A stretch of 64,000 nucleotides of DNA from Octopus vulgaris (taxonomy: Eukaryota), in contig OX597820.1 of assembly GCA_951406725.2 (NCBI GenBank), forward strand, positions 85,932,001 through 85,996,000, given 5' to 3'. The notes under the pieces are model-generated. The model did not search any database. It was not told where the DNA came from and saw only the letters and a program-made list of their open reading frames with translations. The position numbers and the translations under genes were made by a program. Positions 1 to 13,584 of this stretch are shown in pieces; position 1 is the stretch's first letter; every line of letters begins with the position of its first letter.

Positions 1-856
1 ATTTATGCCTACAACTTTTCAGCTTCCAAATGGAAAGTTTGAATAAATAAATACTAAATAAATAAATAAACACATGCTGATATATAAATACATGAATTGG
101 TGGAAGTCGTCCAATATATTTTGATAAAGTTAGTATGACTAAAAGCCAAAGTAGTTTGCAGAAATAAATTGGAACTCCATTCATACATTGTATCTAAAAT
201 ATATTACTATAATTAGAATTTTAAAAAATATGATTGCTGATCATTGAAGCACAATAACTACAACTGCATGAACATTATTCACTATATAACTTTTACCAAT
301 TTAGACTGGTCACCATAAGACATTCATTTACAGAAATTCTTTCCGTATTAACTTTGATTTCCTTTTTTTTTTTATTATTTTTATCGATTTTTGCTTATTG
401 GACTGCGGGCATATTGAAGCACCACATGAATGCATATTTAGTAGATTATAATAACTCTCTCTACCTGGTATTTAGATTATCATACTTTAAGTGATGAAAT
501 AAAGAGTTAGCCAGGACTGAAGTTGAACTCAAAACCTACAAGAACGTTGTAATCTCCGATTTTACGCGAACTCTAACTGTCAACGAAGGAATATATCATC
601 TTCCGGCATAGAAATATTTTAATTTCCAAAATCCTGATGGACATTGAATCATCAGATGAAAAATCATCGAAAAAGAATTTTAGATATCTGTACCTTGCAG
701 AAATCCAATCATCAGATGACATAGCAAGGAAACATATTTAGAATTTCAATTTTTTGCCTAAAGTAAAATTGCCATATTTTAAACCAAGGAATAAGAATTA
801 AAAACCAAGAATCTTGCGAAAGAGAAAAGTGTCACGACATATATATACATATATAT

Positions 857-1294
857 ATACTTTGATACTTTGATACTTTGATAGGTTTCGGCCATTATTG
901 GCCCAGGCCATGTCTAACTTAATAGCACCACCTGGTGAAGTCTTTCAAGTCAGAATTTGGGCACTATGGCCCACTCAAGTAGAGAGTTATTGTTTACAGA
1001 GACATATCCGGGTGTAGGGGGTTTATCCGGGATTTCTTGAAGGAATCTGTCCAAAGACTTCTTGAACCCTATAGGGTCAGTTTCTGTTTTAATGTGTTTT
1101 GGTGTAATGTTAAAGAGAGCGGGGCCAATTGAGGTGAAATAATTGTGCCGTATTGTTGTTATGAGATGAGAGTGCGATTTTTGTTTTGGGCGGATGGCAC
1201 GGGGCCCAAGCCTTGGATGTACCTTAAAGGTGATGCCAACATCATTTGGGCAATGCTGATGGAATATTTTCCACATCATGCAGATGATGTAGCG

Positions 1295-1297
<3 letters not shown>
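857..1297 (-). mobile_element. 5'-truncated LINE 3' end (CR1/L2-like), C-terminus of RT ORF plus octamer tail
   Basis: ORF 950..1297 reads [11 protein letters not shown]...FTSIGPALFNITP...FKKSLDRFLQEIPDKPPTPGY...NNSLLEW, a typical post-RT C-terminus; short 3' UTR followed by an (ATCAAAGT)3 tail at 857-883; TA-rich tracts on both sides. Confidence 0.75.
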
Positions 1298-1357
<60 letters not shown>

Positions 1358-1402
1358 GTATATACGCACGTATGTATGTACCTATGTATGTATGTATGTA
1401 TG

Positions 1403-1460
<58 letters not shown>

Positions 1461-1500
1461 CATACATACATACATACATACATACATACATACACACACA
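1298..1500. repeat. Compound (TA)n/(TGTA)n/(TACA)n microsatellite
   Basis: Directly visible; source of the overlapping YIYI/VCMY ORFs. Confidence 0.95.
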
Positions 1501-2769
1501 CCCACTTTCTTTAATTTCATGTTTCTTGCCGGGAAGATCTCGTTTATGTTTAAAATCTGCTAAATTTAAAAGACTTGCCAAAATATTAGATGTTATCATT
1601 CGTTCTTTTTTCTTCTTTGGGAATTCATTGTCGTCTCATATATCTACATTTTGCTAGAGTTTCTAGTGTAAAACTGAAATAGTTCTGGAGCATGATGTTT
1701 GTGATAAATATTACGAGACACGCGAATATAATTGCATATAATATAAATTTGGATATTTAAAAACTAATATAAGACGAAATGCATCAGATAGAATTTTTGC
1801 TATGCATCATATCCCTTCTTCAATTAATTATTTGTCTTCAACTTAATTTCACCTTTTGTTGCGTTAAGTTATTTGTGACAGATTTAGAGAAATATCATAC
1901 TAATTGTCCCAGAGTTTTGTCCTCTTACAATATTAATTCAGACCCAGTTGGGTGCATATTTGCCTTCAGTTCCTCAATGTTAATCAACTTTATAGTTAAG
2001 TGATGAACATCAACCATGCATTATATCAACATTATTAAAATGTCGATGTTATCCCTGCTGTTTTTCATGACTAGAAATGAACACGGTAATTATTCTCTTC
2101 GCCATAGTCGTAATTTAAAATGATTAAATTTTCTTGACTAACTAAATTAAATATGCTAACGTCAGTTCGAGCATTATCCTTCAGGATTCCAGGAGTGAAT
2201 CTGAGACTGGACTGATAACCAGTCATAAAATCATCTTAATTTAATTGACCGGAATCGATATCTTAACAGAATTCAATAAAATTTCAAATTTCAATTTTAT
2301 TTGAGTTAATGTTTGCTATCGTTTTGCTTTGTTTTTTTTTTCAGTTTAAGTAAACAATATTACTGTCACAACATTCTATGAAGTTTATATATCTCTAGGC
2401 CCCTGAAACGAAATTTATATACTATTTTACATGTACGGTAGAACTGGAAAAGGAAATTGTGCTTGGATGAATATTTTACCTCGTCTTATTGAGTAGCCGT
2501 CATAAATTCAGTCATTATAAATCTACGGTGCCTAAGCTATGGATAACTGCATAATGTTGAAAGATTTACAAGGACCAAATATTTTGCCTTGCTGCCTGTT
2601 CATACATATATAATACAATAAAACATTCTGAGACATATATCTCCTTCATCACAAATTTTGCAGTAAATAAAATATAGCAAAAGTTTCCTTAAGTAAAGCA
2701 TTCTGAATTTTTTTTTTTATTTAAATATTAACAAAATGACAATCAATTTTCAGGGACATTATTGCATTT

Positions 2770-3530
2770 ACGAGGTTCATTCAGGAAATTTTGAGATTTT
2801 TAATGGGAGAGGCAGTTATAACTATCCTATACTATTGTACTTACACCAATAAACTAACTTGTTCAGTTTTTTTTATTCCAGATTAAAGGTGATGGTTGTA
2901 AGAATACTTTCAACACGCCCTACTAATCGATGCTTGTCACAGCTGAATAGATTTTAGAATGCAGTCGGAATGTGGAGAGAATTTGGAATTTCACTATGTC
3001 ATGAAAGTTTGTGTTTAGACGAGAAAAATAGCAACAGAAAATTATGAAATGCACCCGACTATAAATTGCAAGTCCACCAGGAAGCTCATGATGAACCTCA
3101 TTTTGGATCGCTAGGGCATTATCAACAGCCACTGAGATGATCAACAACGTGCTTTCTGAGAGTTTTGACGGAGATCAGGATGAGATTTTGTCGCAAAAAG
3201 CCAGTACTCTTCAACTCGGCTTGTTGGCACCTGGACTAGGACGAAGCACCAATCAGCAATTAATTCCTGGCACAGAGATTGGCAGCAAAACTGTTCCCAA
3301 CGTTCCGTAGATCCCAGACTGTGATTCCCATTATTTTTCAGGACAGTCGATTAGGACAGTCGACCTTCATATTGGAAGACTTCTATATGGCTTCACCAAA
3401 AGGCTTTGTTGCTGCAACAAATACCTTGTAGTCATAGGATTCTATTTCGACGAAAATTAGTTTTCTACTTCTTTGAAATTAATAAACGTTTCTCCTGAAA
3501 AGGTGTGAAAACTTCTAGACGGTACCAATA
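2770..3530 (+). mobile_element. Highly decayed, internally deleted mariner-like element
   Basis: Starts TACGAGG (mariner TIR-like). ~2958-3050 translates as MQSECGENLEFHYVMKVCV*TRKIATENYEM (resembles the transposase N-terminal EQR.AIKFC..GK.ATE..EM); degenerate WHL..D.AP and P.PD..D..F motifs at ~3225-3340. Confidence 0.5.
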
Positions 3531-4561
3531 TATTTCTTGTAGAGTATGTCTAGATAGAGAGAGACACACTGGCAATGACACACTCAATTATTTTTAGACG
3601 TCAGTCAGTTCATATTCATTAAAACAATATATTTGTAGACGTTTCGGGATTTACTTAAATTATTGCATTCACCATTTTTTTATCAAGAAAGGGATACATT
3701 GACTCTATGCAATTAATATGTAAATAAATCCTTGGTTGTTTTTCTGCTGAACATTCTTCTCTTCTAATTCCTCTCAAGGTCACTAATCAAGAGACTCGTC
3801 TTTCTTCTAATTCCCATTCGCTCACTGTTCTCTTCTTTAAGAAGTGTTTCTACTCCGATAGTTTAATCTCCTCGAGGTTCTCTGACCTATGGATCCCCGA
3901 TGATTCCACTTGATTTCGAGGTAAAATCGATCGCAATACTTAAAATCCAACACCATCTTTTTATGACTCTTAGAGAAATTTCACATTAGATATTTTCTTG
4001 TGTTTTTATTTCTAATTTATAACATTCTCCGATGCTTCATGCTTAATTATTTGACTACTGAAACATATCCACTCAAAATTTTGTTACTTTTAACTGTTGA
4101 AGGAAGTTTGTATACCAGTCTAACCTTTGTTGTGGACTGTCATATTTGCAACGTTTTGTTGCGATATGTCAAGTTTATTGAGGCATTGTGACTTGCAGAA
4201 AATTCCAATCATATTTTTGCTAGATATATATTACCATTGCTGGAATAACCACGAATTATATTTTCTCAGTTAAAGGACATATCACATATTGATTCACGCC
4301 TTCTTGTGAGTAAATTCCAATTAAATAAATTCTGACTTACCGGATTCATGATCAAAGTATTCCGACCATAACTACGAGTCCGGCACTCGGGCGCCATATA
4401 TGCAATGTTAAAATAGGCCATTTTGATAAAAAAGAGTGGAATCTCATTCAATTGAGCTTTGGTTGACATTACTAGCAGTTTCAGCTAGCAACATACTGGC
4501 TTGAGTGCTTGGTTGATGCTAATGAGGGGGAGAGAGATACGGTAGTAGTAATTGTTGCAAA

Positions 4562-4835
4562 CGCCGTGGTGGTGATGGTGGTGATGGCGGTGGTGGTGGT
4601 GGTGGTGGTGGTGGTGTTAAGAAGAGTTTAAGTAATTTAGGTTTCATTGTTGATTTTCAAGATGTTAGTAATATTCTTATCACCATTGCTGAAGATGCTG
4701 CTGATGATAATGATGATAATGATGATGATGATGATGATGGCGACGATGACGACCACGACGACGATGACGATGACGATGACGACGGTGAAGGATGTGAGGA
4801 CGATGACGATGAGGAGGACGACTATGATGATGATT
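4562..4835. repeat. (GGT)n and (GAT/GAC)n trinucleotide low-complexity region
   Basis: Directly visible. Confidence 0.9.
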
Positions 4836-5425
4836 AAACGACACGGGAATATTCCTTGTTCGTTCTGACAAAGGAAATCTGGGATTCTCAATTCTTTTCT
4901 TTCTCTCCTTGACATGATGTAGGAAAGAAGGAAGCAAAAAGGAACAAAGTAAGTGAAATGAAATGAAACAGTAAAACAAACGTAAATGTTGAGAAAAACA
5001 CAAAAAAATACAAAGATAGAACAAATAAAGAATGCAAAATTGCATAAAGAAGGAAGGAAGGAAGGAGGAGAGAAAGGAAGACAGTAATGATAGAACAAAT
5101 ATAAAGAAAGAAATAGAAACCATGCTAAAATTCTGTGACATCTCGAAATGGCAGAGAAACGGAATATATTTCCGTTGACGAACAGGATAAATCGTGGAAA
5201 GTGAGAAAAGAATAACAGAAATAGAATTTTCTGAAAGGATAGGTTTGTGAAACAGAGACATCGAGCAAGAAGACAAGACATGCAGCAATTGCTGTAGAAT
5301 TGAGTTAATCTAGAGAAAAACATGGTGACATACCGAACGCTATAGAATGATGCATACATACACACATCTGTGTGATACATGCATACGACGTACATACGTA
5401 CAAACACATACATACACACGTGTAC

Positions 5426-5489
<64 letters not shown>

Positions 5490-5522
5490 TAATAATAACT
5501 ATTATTATTATTATCATTATTA

Positions 5523-5576
<54 letters not shown>

Positions 5577-5625
5577 TATAGATATATACATACGAATTTA
5601 AATAATAGTAGGCAAACAATAATGC

Positions 5626-5680
<55 letters not shown>
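5426..5680. repeat. (AAT)n, (TAT)n and (TA)n microsatellites
   Basis: Directly visible. Confidence 0.95.
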
Positions 5681-5685
<5 letters not shown>

Positions 5686-7299
5686 TATGAATGTATATTT
5701 ACGTGTTCACGGGTGTATTTGAGTGTGGATGTGGGTGCATAAAGTATCAATGTGTATGGCTCAGAGATTGTGCCATCTGTTTCTTATTCCCGGAAAACCG
5801 TTCTTAACATTGAATATTGCCTGTTCGTTTCCTCAAATCGATACTACCCTCCATGATGAGAGACCGATTCCCATTTCTTGAGATATATTGAGTTTCATAT
5901 GAAAACTTCATAGCTTCATAATATACCTTTGTAGGAAATTTGAAATGTAAATTAAAGAGTATTTTACATTACAAAACATGCTCTGGAGTTATTATTTCCG
6001 TGTGCTTAAGCACAGTATTTACCTGAAAAAAGAATACCACGTACACCTACTCTGCTGGAGGATTAATGAATTTTTGTAGTGTGAAAGTTTATAGAATCGA
6101 TATACTGAAGATGATAGAAAAAAACAAAACAAAGAACTTTTAAGTTTTATTACCTTATAAATAATATTTTCCATTTTTCTTTTTCTATAACGCAACTTTT
6201 AATCACTGGAAAAGAATAATGGGAATAAAGAACTGAAGGTTTTAGCTTTTTGTTTATACCTTAAATTTGAACTTTCAGCCTTTCAAAATGCATTCATGAG
6301 AATAGAACATTCAAAGCGTTATTGTTACTCTATGGTTTGAAAATGGAATCCCTATCAGGGAAATAATAATTCTAGCACATAAAAAGTGCTATAAAATCGT
6401 CTTTTGCAATTCAAATTTCAAGTGTAAACCTACAAATATTCGCTGAAAATATATGAACATATAAAGAATTATGAAACGGTTGTCTGTGTGTGGTACAAAA
6501 AGTGAACGTGATCTTTTATAGTAAATAATTGCTCTAATGCTTAGAAAAATAGATAAATAATGGTAACTATATATATCAAAGGAATCGCATGAAAGGCAGA
6601 GAAAGAATTGGATGATGTTGATTAACGAGCTGGGCTATTGTATGTTAAATGTCTTCTTATGTGCATGCAGGCAAATTAATCCTTCGGTAAGATAGGCACC
6701 GTATTGTAGTAACGATATCATGACAGGAACACTGTAATATATTATTTAGTGTTCAAAACCCCAACGAAAATGTTGGCTACATGTTTCAATACGTCTGTGA
6801 CTAACATGTATTTTAAAATTGTCAGTTATACAGTCCAGAATTGTAGGCAAAAAAGATCGAGTATTTGTGATCTGCACGGTCGATCTGGATTGGGATCTTA
6901 TGCAAGGGTCTGGTAATTGAAACGAGAAAGCATTGTTCCCGACACACCAAGACTACAGAGACCAGATTAGCTAGAATTATCTAAATAAAAAATGCCTGGT
7001 AACCCTGAGAAAGCGAGTGTGACGTCAATAATGTGGAGTAAGGTATAGTGATAGAGAAAAATAAAATGGGAGGAATTCTGAAGAGACGATTAGACAGTAC
7101 ATCACAACCGACGTGATTGCAACGATACTGGTGTTTGACCAATTCTTCAAAAAGAAGTACGAAGGCTGTATTGTCAAAGCTAATGCACATACTCTAAGCA
7201 AGAAGGCAGCAAAAGCTTTGATTGACCGCTGGTGTCCATATTATTCTACACCAGGTATTGCTTTTCAGTAGCACTTTGTTCGATAGCTTAGGATGAACG

Positions 7300-7660
7300 G
7301 AGTACTGGAAGGCAGGATGGAGTTCAGTGCCTACCAAGACATTCTACCATATCTCGACAACATATAGTGAGTGTTGCTAAACGTTCATAAGTGCCACGGA
7401 GTTATGGAAGATATGCTTTACTGCACAGAGGTCAAAACATCAATTTTGGATGTGTATCGTAAAATTTTTCCGGATTTCTTTATATACATTGAAGCAAACG
7501 TCTAATAAAACTGAAGCATTTCTAGTCCTCCGAGTTGTAAACCTGCTGAGAAGATTGGTCATTTTCGGTCCATGACTGTTGAACGCAGATTGTAATATTT
7601 TGTAACATTTTGCCCAAGTGTTTGCTAAGAGGTTGGTATTTTTCATAGTTGCAGAGCCAG
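7300..7660 (+). mobile_element. Decayed Tx1/L1-like reverse transcriptase fragment
   Basis: 7530-7635 translates with frameshifts as VVNLLR...HFRSMT-LNADCNIL...AQVFAKRL, matching the L1/Tx1 RT motif N.RPI.LLN.D.KILAKVLA.RL; boundaries approximate. Confidence 0.55.
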
Positions 7661-8526
7661 TGGATACTTGCAATAGATGAAGCTTAGGGAAAAAAAAAAC
7701 CCAGAAACCCAAATTTAGCAGTGCCACCACAGGTTGCTGGGTGATTTTCGTCAGCTGGTGATAATATAATTCTGTGTTTTTTATCGACGTACATCTGATA
7801 GAGCTAGTAGTGCATGTTACGACGTGTAGTATATGGGTCTATGTAAACAAAGCGACCGAAGATAGAAAAAATGGGTAATGGTGTATATGCATATTTCAAA
7901 AGTTATTGTTCTTTCATCAGCACTGCATCCACAGTAGATGACTCAAGGACCGTGAGGTGCGTAATAAATACAATGCACGATATCTCGGTCTTTGAGTCAG
8001 TCTGTAACTTCATCGATTGCTAATAAAAACCGTTTTCAATTCTGTTTTCCTGCTGGTATAACCAAGCCCCCTCTCTTTCTTTATACAAGCACATATACAT
8101 GTACATATATACATGTAATGTACTTGTAGTCTCTCTAGACCGAGAATATATGTAAGATAGAGAGAGAGTGAGAGAAAGAGAACGAGAGAAGAGAGGTTTA
8201 ATTATGCAAACAGGAAAACAGAACCGAAACAGTTTTTTTTTTAGAAACTTACAAAATATCACATTTCAGTTTCAGCGCAATCTCCCCTGCCTCTCCCTGA
8301 ACCCTAACTAACAAACAACTATATTTTGCTTCCAAACTAGTCGAATAGACAGACCCCGGCGGAGCTGCACAGAAAATCATGCCCCGTTGCATGTAATTAG
8401 CGTCGTGGAAAAAAGTGTAGGCTGTAAACAACCATAAAAATATGTTGTACGAAATTGTAAGATAAGAGTATGTAAATTTTGAGGATTAGCACGCTTTCAT
8501 ATTTTATATAGCTGTAATTATTGCTA

Positions 8527-8801
8527 TAGAGGTGCAATGCCCCAGTGGCTAGGGCAGCTGACTCGCGGTCGGAGGATCACGGTTTCGATTCCCAGACCGG
8601 GCGCTGTGTGTTTATTGAGCGAAAACACCTAAAGCTCCACGAGGCTTAGGCAGGGGGTGATGGTGATCCCTGTTGTACTCCTTTGCCCCAACTTTCTCTC
8701 ACTCTCTCGCTCTCTTCCTGTTTCTTGAGTAACGTCCAGCTGGTGGGGAACACATAAGCCACAGACACCGGGCTAGAAAAGGGCGCATAAGTAAATAATA
8801 A
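8527..8801 (+). mobile_element. tRNA-derived SINE (family A) with 12-bp TSD
   Basis: A-box-like TGCCCAGTGG and B-box-like GGTTTCGATTCCC (8581-8593); (AAT)n tail; TSD TAATTATTGCTA at 8515-8526 and 8802-8813; homologous to 53179-53474. Confidence 0.85.
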
Positions 8802-9212
8802 TAATTATTGCTAATATACATTCAAGATTGTATTACCATCAGTAGAAGCAAACATGGGGTTACCCATCGTAGAAATTTGCAGCATTAGTAACAATTACTA
8901 GTGGCCATAGGCATTAAATACTAATCGATGTGGTTATCCGTAATCTGGAACATATCTGAGAGCCAGCTCGGTATCCGAGATAGATAGATAGATAGATGGA
9001 TAATGCTTAAATGTGGATCGCCATTCAAGAAAAGATCGAGATGCTTAAGAAACTTGATCTCGTATATCTAGCATTCTAGTACTATTTAGTAACGTCTCAG
9101 TAACCACTACAGTTAGTTTCAACAAATTCGATTTTTGCAATACTCTGTTATACCCACGAATAAAATTTAGTTTCGACATTGTCAGACTACTACAACTACT
9201 ATTACTAGTTTT

Positions 9213-9267
<55 letters not shown>

Positions 9268-9296
9268 GGGGTACCAGTAGTAGTAGTAGTAGTAGT
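9213..9296. repeat. (TAG)n microsatellite
   Basis: Directly visible. Confidence 0.95.
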
Positions 9297-9766
9297 TTTG
9301 TTGTTGGTGGTGACGTTGTTTACCATTGTTGTTGTTTACATGAAGTTGCTTTCTTGTAGGTTCTGATCTTGTCTTTGTTTTTCTGGCTGTTGCCTGCCAG
9401 TAGTATTTCGAGATTAGTCACTTTTAATAACAAGCTCAATATAGATTCAAAATGTTAGTCTGGGTGAAATACATTAACTAAAGGTCACTTGACTGGTGTA
9501 AGCAACTCGTACACATTGGTAGTTTTCCTATATTAAGGAGCAAAGGTTAAAATTTATTTTCGTCTCACAATTTCCTGATCTAAATCTTACATATCATGTA
9601 TAGATATTTCTGTTAGTTTGTTTGTGCCAACTCAATAAATGAAACGGAATGTATGTAGCCGCTTGAATTCTGTGTTTGTTATGTAAAGCAGTCATCTAAA
9701 TATTTACATATAAGTGTATATATATATGTATGTATATATTAGTATTTTTATGTGTCTATTTGTATT

Positions 9767-9767
<1 letters not shown>

Positions 9768-9846
<79 letters not shown>

Positions 9847-9957
9847 TGTATGTATGTATGTATGTATGTATGTATGTATGTATGTATGTATGTATGTATG
9901 TATGTATGTATGTATGTATGTATGTATGTATGTATGTGTGTATGTATGTATATATAT
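9768..9957. repeat. (TA)n + (TATG)n microsatellite
   Basis: Directly visible. Confidence 0.95.
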
Positions 9958-10771
9958 TAGCATTTGTATGTGTCTATAAAGCGAGGGACAAGAGTGGTGA
10001 GGCGGAGGATGATTGTGTGTAACTATTTTAACTTATAAAAGTCAAAGTTTTGAAGAGATTTATCATATTATTTATCCATCATTATAGAAACACCATTCTT
10101 CTATGCTGGCATAATTTTCTTTCGGAAAATTTAAATCCCAACAACACTAAAGTTATCAGTTATAATTACATTTGTGTATGTGTATGCGTTGTATGTGTGG
10201 GTACATAAAGATAGATGGGTAGGTAGATAGATAGTGTGTACTTTCATGTATGTATGTATACATACACACACACACACACCCACACACACATATATATATA
10301 TATATGTTTCATTTTAAATTCAGTAAAATCAATTGTATATAGTAATGCAATGGGTTACTATATACTTTTTTGAGTACAAATATATTTTCTTATACAAGAA
10401 TGTTCTTGAAAGTAAGTTTCAAGTCTCTACCAGCCAAAGTATTGTCGGACGATATCAAAAACATTCTTTTATAACAATTAAAATATTTATACATGTAAAG
10501 ATTTTCCCGTCGAAGACGCTGTAGAGGCATTCAGCGCTTTCTTAACGGCCTGCACAAATGATTTTTCTATAATGAACAAACGTATGTGTTCTACATTACT
10601 TCACTCACTCCATCAAATCAATGTTGCCTGAGCAGGTGCACAAGGAACCACGCGTCGAATGTCGAAATGATTACTGTCAAATGTGAGATGAAATGTTTTT
10701 TCTCAAAAGCACAATGCACAACCCGGTTTGGAAATCAAAACCCCGATCTTACAGTCGTGAATGCAACACCC

Positions 10772-10864
<93 letters not shown>

Positions 10865-13584
10865 ATATGTATGTATATATGGAACAAAAATGCAATAGAG
10901 GTCATTATTAGAAGGAGAGGCAAAAAAGACGGGTCATTCTTGGCTTTCTCTCATCAGTCAAGTCCCAGAAGTCACAACCAATTTGGGCAGTTACACTTGA
11001 GATGGTTCGATCTGGTTCCCCACTCCCCAAAAAATGCTAGGAGCATTACACCCCTTTGTAAGAAATCTAGCAAATGAGTAAGGCAACAAAGAAAAAAACA
11101 AAAAAAAGAGAATATGGTACATAGTTACGAATACAAACAACAAGAAATAACAACAGGCGTCTTTCGAGTGAGAACGAATCAAATTAATCTGGCGTGTATG
11201 AAGTGAAAGCCTAAAGGCAGGAAAATGGGAGATGGACACAAGCAGTGTTGACGGTCGGCGGTCAGGCCAAGAAAGAATGACTATGGCTGGCCGGACACTG
11301 GTCACGTGGAAGGAGGAGATATGAGTAGGGGGCAGCTGGTTTGAAGGATTGGAAAAAATCAGAGACAAAGGGAAAGGTACAGGGGAGATAAACGAGTGGG
11401 AAATAGTGGGAGTTAAAGAAAGAGAGGGCCAAGAAAAGAGAGAGAGAGAGAGAGAGAGAGAAAGGGAGCGAATAAAAAGAAGGAAAATGAGAGGGGGAAT
11501 AAAAGATAGAGTAAGAGTCGTACAAAATTTAGATACATACCTACTATTAGGAGAGCAGAAGGGTGTACGTTCGCCGCTACATATATATATGGGCGTAAGA
11601 GTGGTTGAGTGGTAAGTAGCTTGCTTACCAACCACAAGTTTCACAAATACAAGTCAACTGAATAAAATGTAATGTGAGATTGTGCGACATGTTAAGAATT
11701 AGCATTAAATCATGCGATAAGTTTACTCATTAATGGTTGCCATCCAAACAATGGGGAGATCATAAAATCAGAGCTAAGTAAAGTTCCGAAAAAGACCTCA
11801 GGATCTAAAGATATATTTACAAACACATGTAATACATTATCCACGATTTTCAGCTATTTTATTTTCTATCAGTAAAATACCAACCTCTCAAAGATATTTT
11901 ACATATATATCTTCTTATATTTGCCTACAAGTATATATTTTTAATTTGCATATCATTATAATTTATGTATTAGGCATTTCTGAAAATAAGTACATAAAAA
12001 TACTAATGAAAATAGCTTAAAGCAATATAAAAAGGTTCTGAATTAGTACTAATTAAAAATATCTGCTACTTCGATCCATGCAAACAAACTTTAATAAAAT
12101 TAACATGATGTATCTTAAAACTTCAAATTAAAACATTCTTGAGAAATCTTACACAACTTTACAATAGAGAATTATGTTATAATGTTATAGAACAGAAATA
12201 AAAGGCCGCAACAATATATTCTTTGAAAATGAACTGTGTATAAAAGTATACAGAATATATGACTGAAGCATAATTTAAAGGTTGTGCTTCAAATTTAGAA
12301 ATTTAATTGGAAGATAGAATTTTTTAGACATTTGAAAATAGGGAGTTAATAGGCATTACTCAAACTCATAGGGCTGTGTCCTTTTATAACAGTGTTACAT
12401 AACAATTTACTGGTTGTCTTGATCTGTGGTTTAACAGTTGCAGTGGCCGTTGGCCGACTAGGTTGCATTGGAAGTGAATGTGTAGCAGACTTTGAGTTAA
12501 GAGGAGAAACCGCTGTAGGGAAACAATAACTATTATTCGTACACCAAAATATGGCCAAACTCAATTTAGCCAGCAACACTGCAGCAATCATGATAGTTGA
12601 GTGTTGAGTGTTGCTTTTAATAGTATAGTGTAGATCACTATACTATTGGATTACTATTCCAAAACAAACGTCCGTTTCTATGCTTTTAGTTTTATGTTTC
12701 CGTTTCTCATTGTGTTCAACATTTTTCTGATGTCCTATACCCATATATGGATGGCTATATACATACATATGTAGGTATGTACATACATGCATGAATATGT
12801 GCATATTTTTATATATTATTTATATTATATTATATATATATATATATATACACACACACAAGCATGCATTACTTTCCATTATTAATCAACTTGAAGAAAA
12901 CAAAAACACGTTTACTGCTGGTGGGGTTCTATGCAGTTTGTAGAGAAATATTTAGTGATCAAATTGAATTTAGTAGGATGTAATGCTTTCCTTAACATTT
13001 TGTTCAAATACACAAATATTTTGTGTCTTTCTGTGTACGTACGTATGCGCGTGTATGTGTGTATGTGTGTGTATACATACATAAACATAGGCAGACAGAT
13101 AGGCATACGCATACACAAATACAAACTTATAATCTCATCGCTAAAACTGGGGAAAATTACTCTGACTACGTACTAAGTAGCGACATGACTTAGGGATATA
13201 AATGCAATATTGTCTGTACAGGAAGTGACAAGTTTCTTCAATGATGCTTCAAATAAGTGGTTCTTTTCACAATAAATCTTCTATATCAACGTCTAATTTT
13301 TCGTTTTTTTTTTTCTAATTTTCCATGACCACATGAGCTAGTTGTAATCAGACTAACCAAAAAGATATTCTGTTTTTTCTTTGTTTTTTTTTTTGTAAGA
13401 CCTCATGGATGTGGTTTCAAAACCACTTCATATCTTCTCCACTAGATGTATTGAATACTGCAACAATGATGTTCTAAGTAGCTCTCTGATGATACTTTAT
13501 GAAACCTCACCTTACTGCATTTTTCTTGGAAAAGAGAACTGATTCTTTGGAATCGTAACTGACCATACTGAAAGAATACATTTA

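Noticed and set aside
4860-4926. HHR-like string CTGACAA-agga...tcctt-GACA-tgatg-TA-ggaa
   Set aside because: Two core mismatches and poor stems I and III; not distinguishable from chance by eye
4637-5527. 296-aa and 202-aa minus-strand ORFs
   Set aside because: Low-complexity T-rich strand plus trinucleotide repeats; no domain motifs
8529-8600. tRNA-like sequence with A and B boxes
   Set aside because: It is the head of a SINE with tail and TSD, not a tRNA gene
10925-10962. Minus-strand CTGATGA-gagaaagc...cccgTC inside a probable repeat (10880-11580)
   Set aside because: No correctly placed GAAA with paired stems; may be a decayed PLE HHR but unsupported here
12620-12647. Hairpin AATAGTATAGTG-taga-TCACTATACTATT
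   Set aside because: Isolated short hairpin, probably part of a repeat; no function assignable
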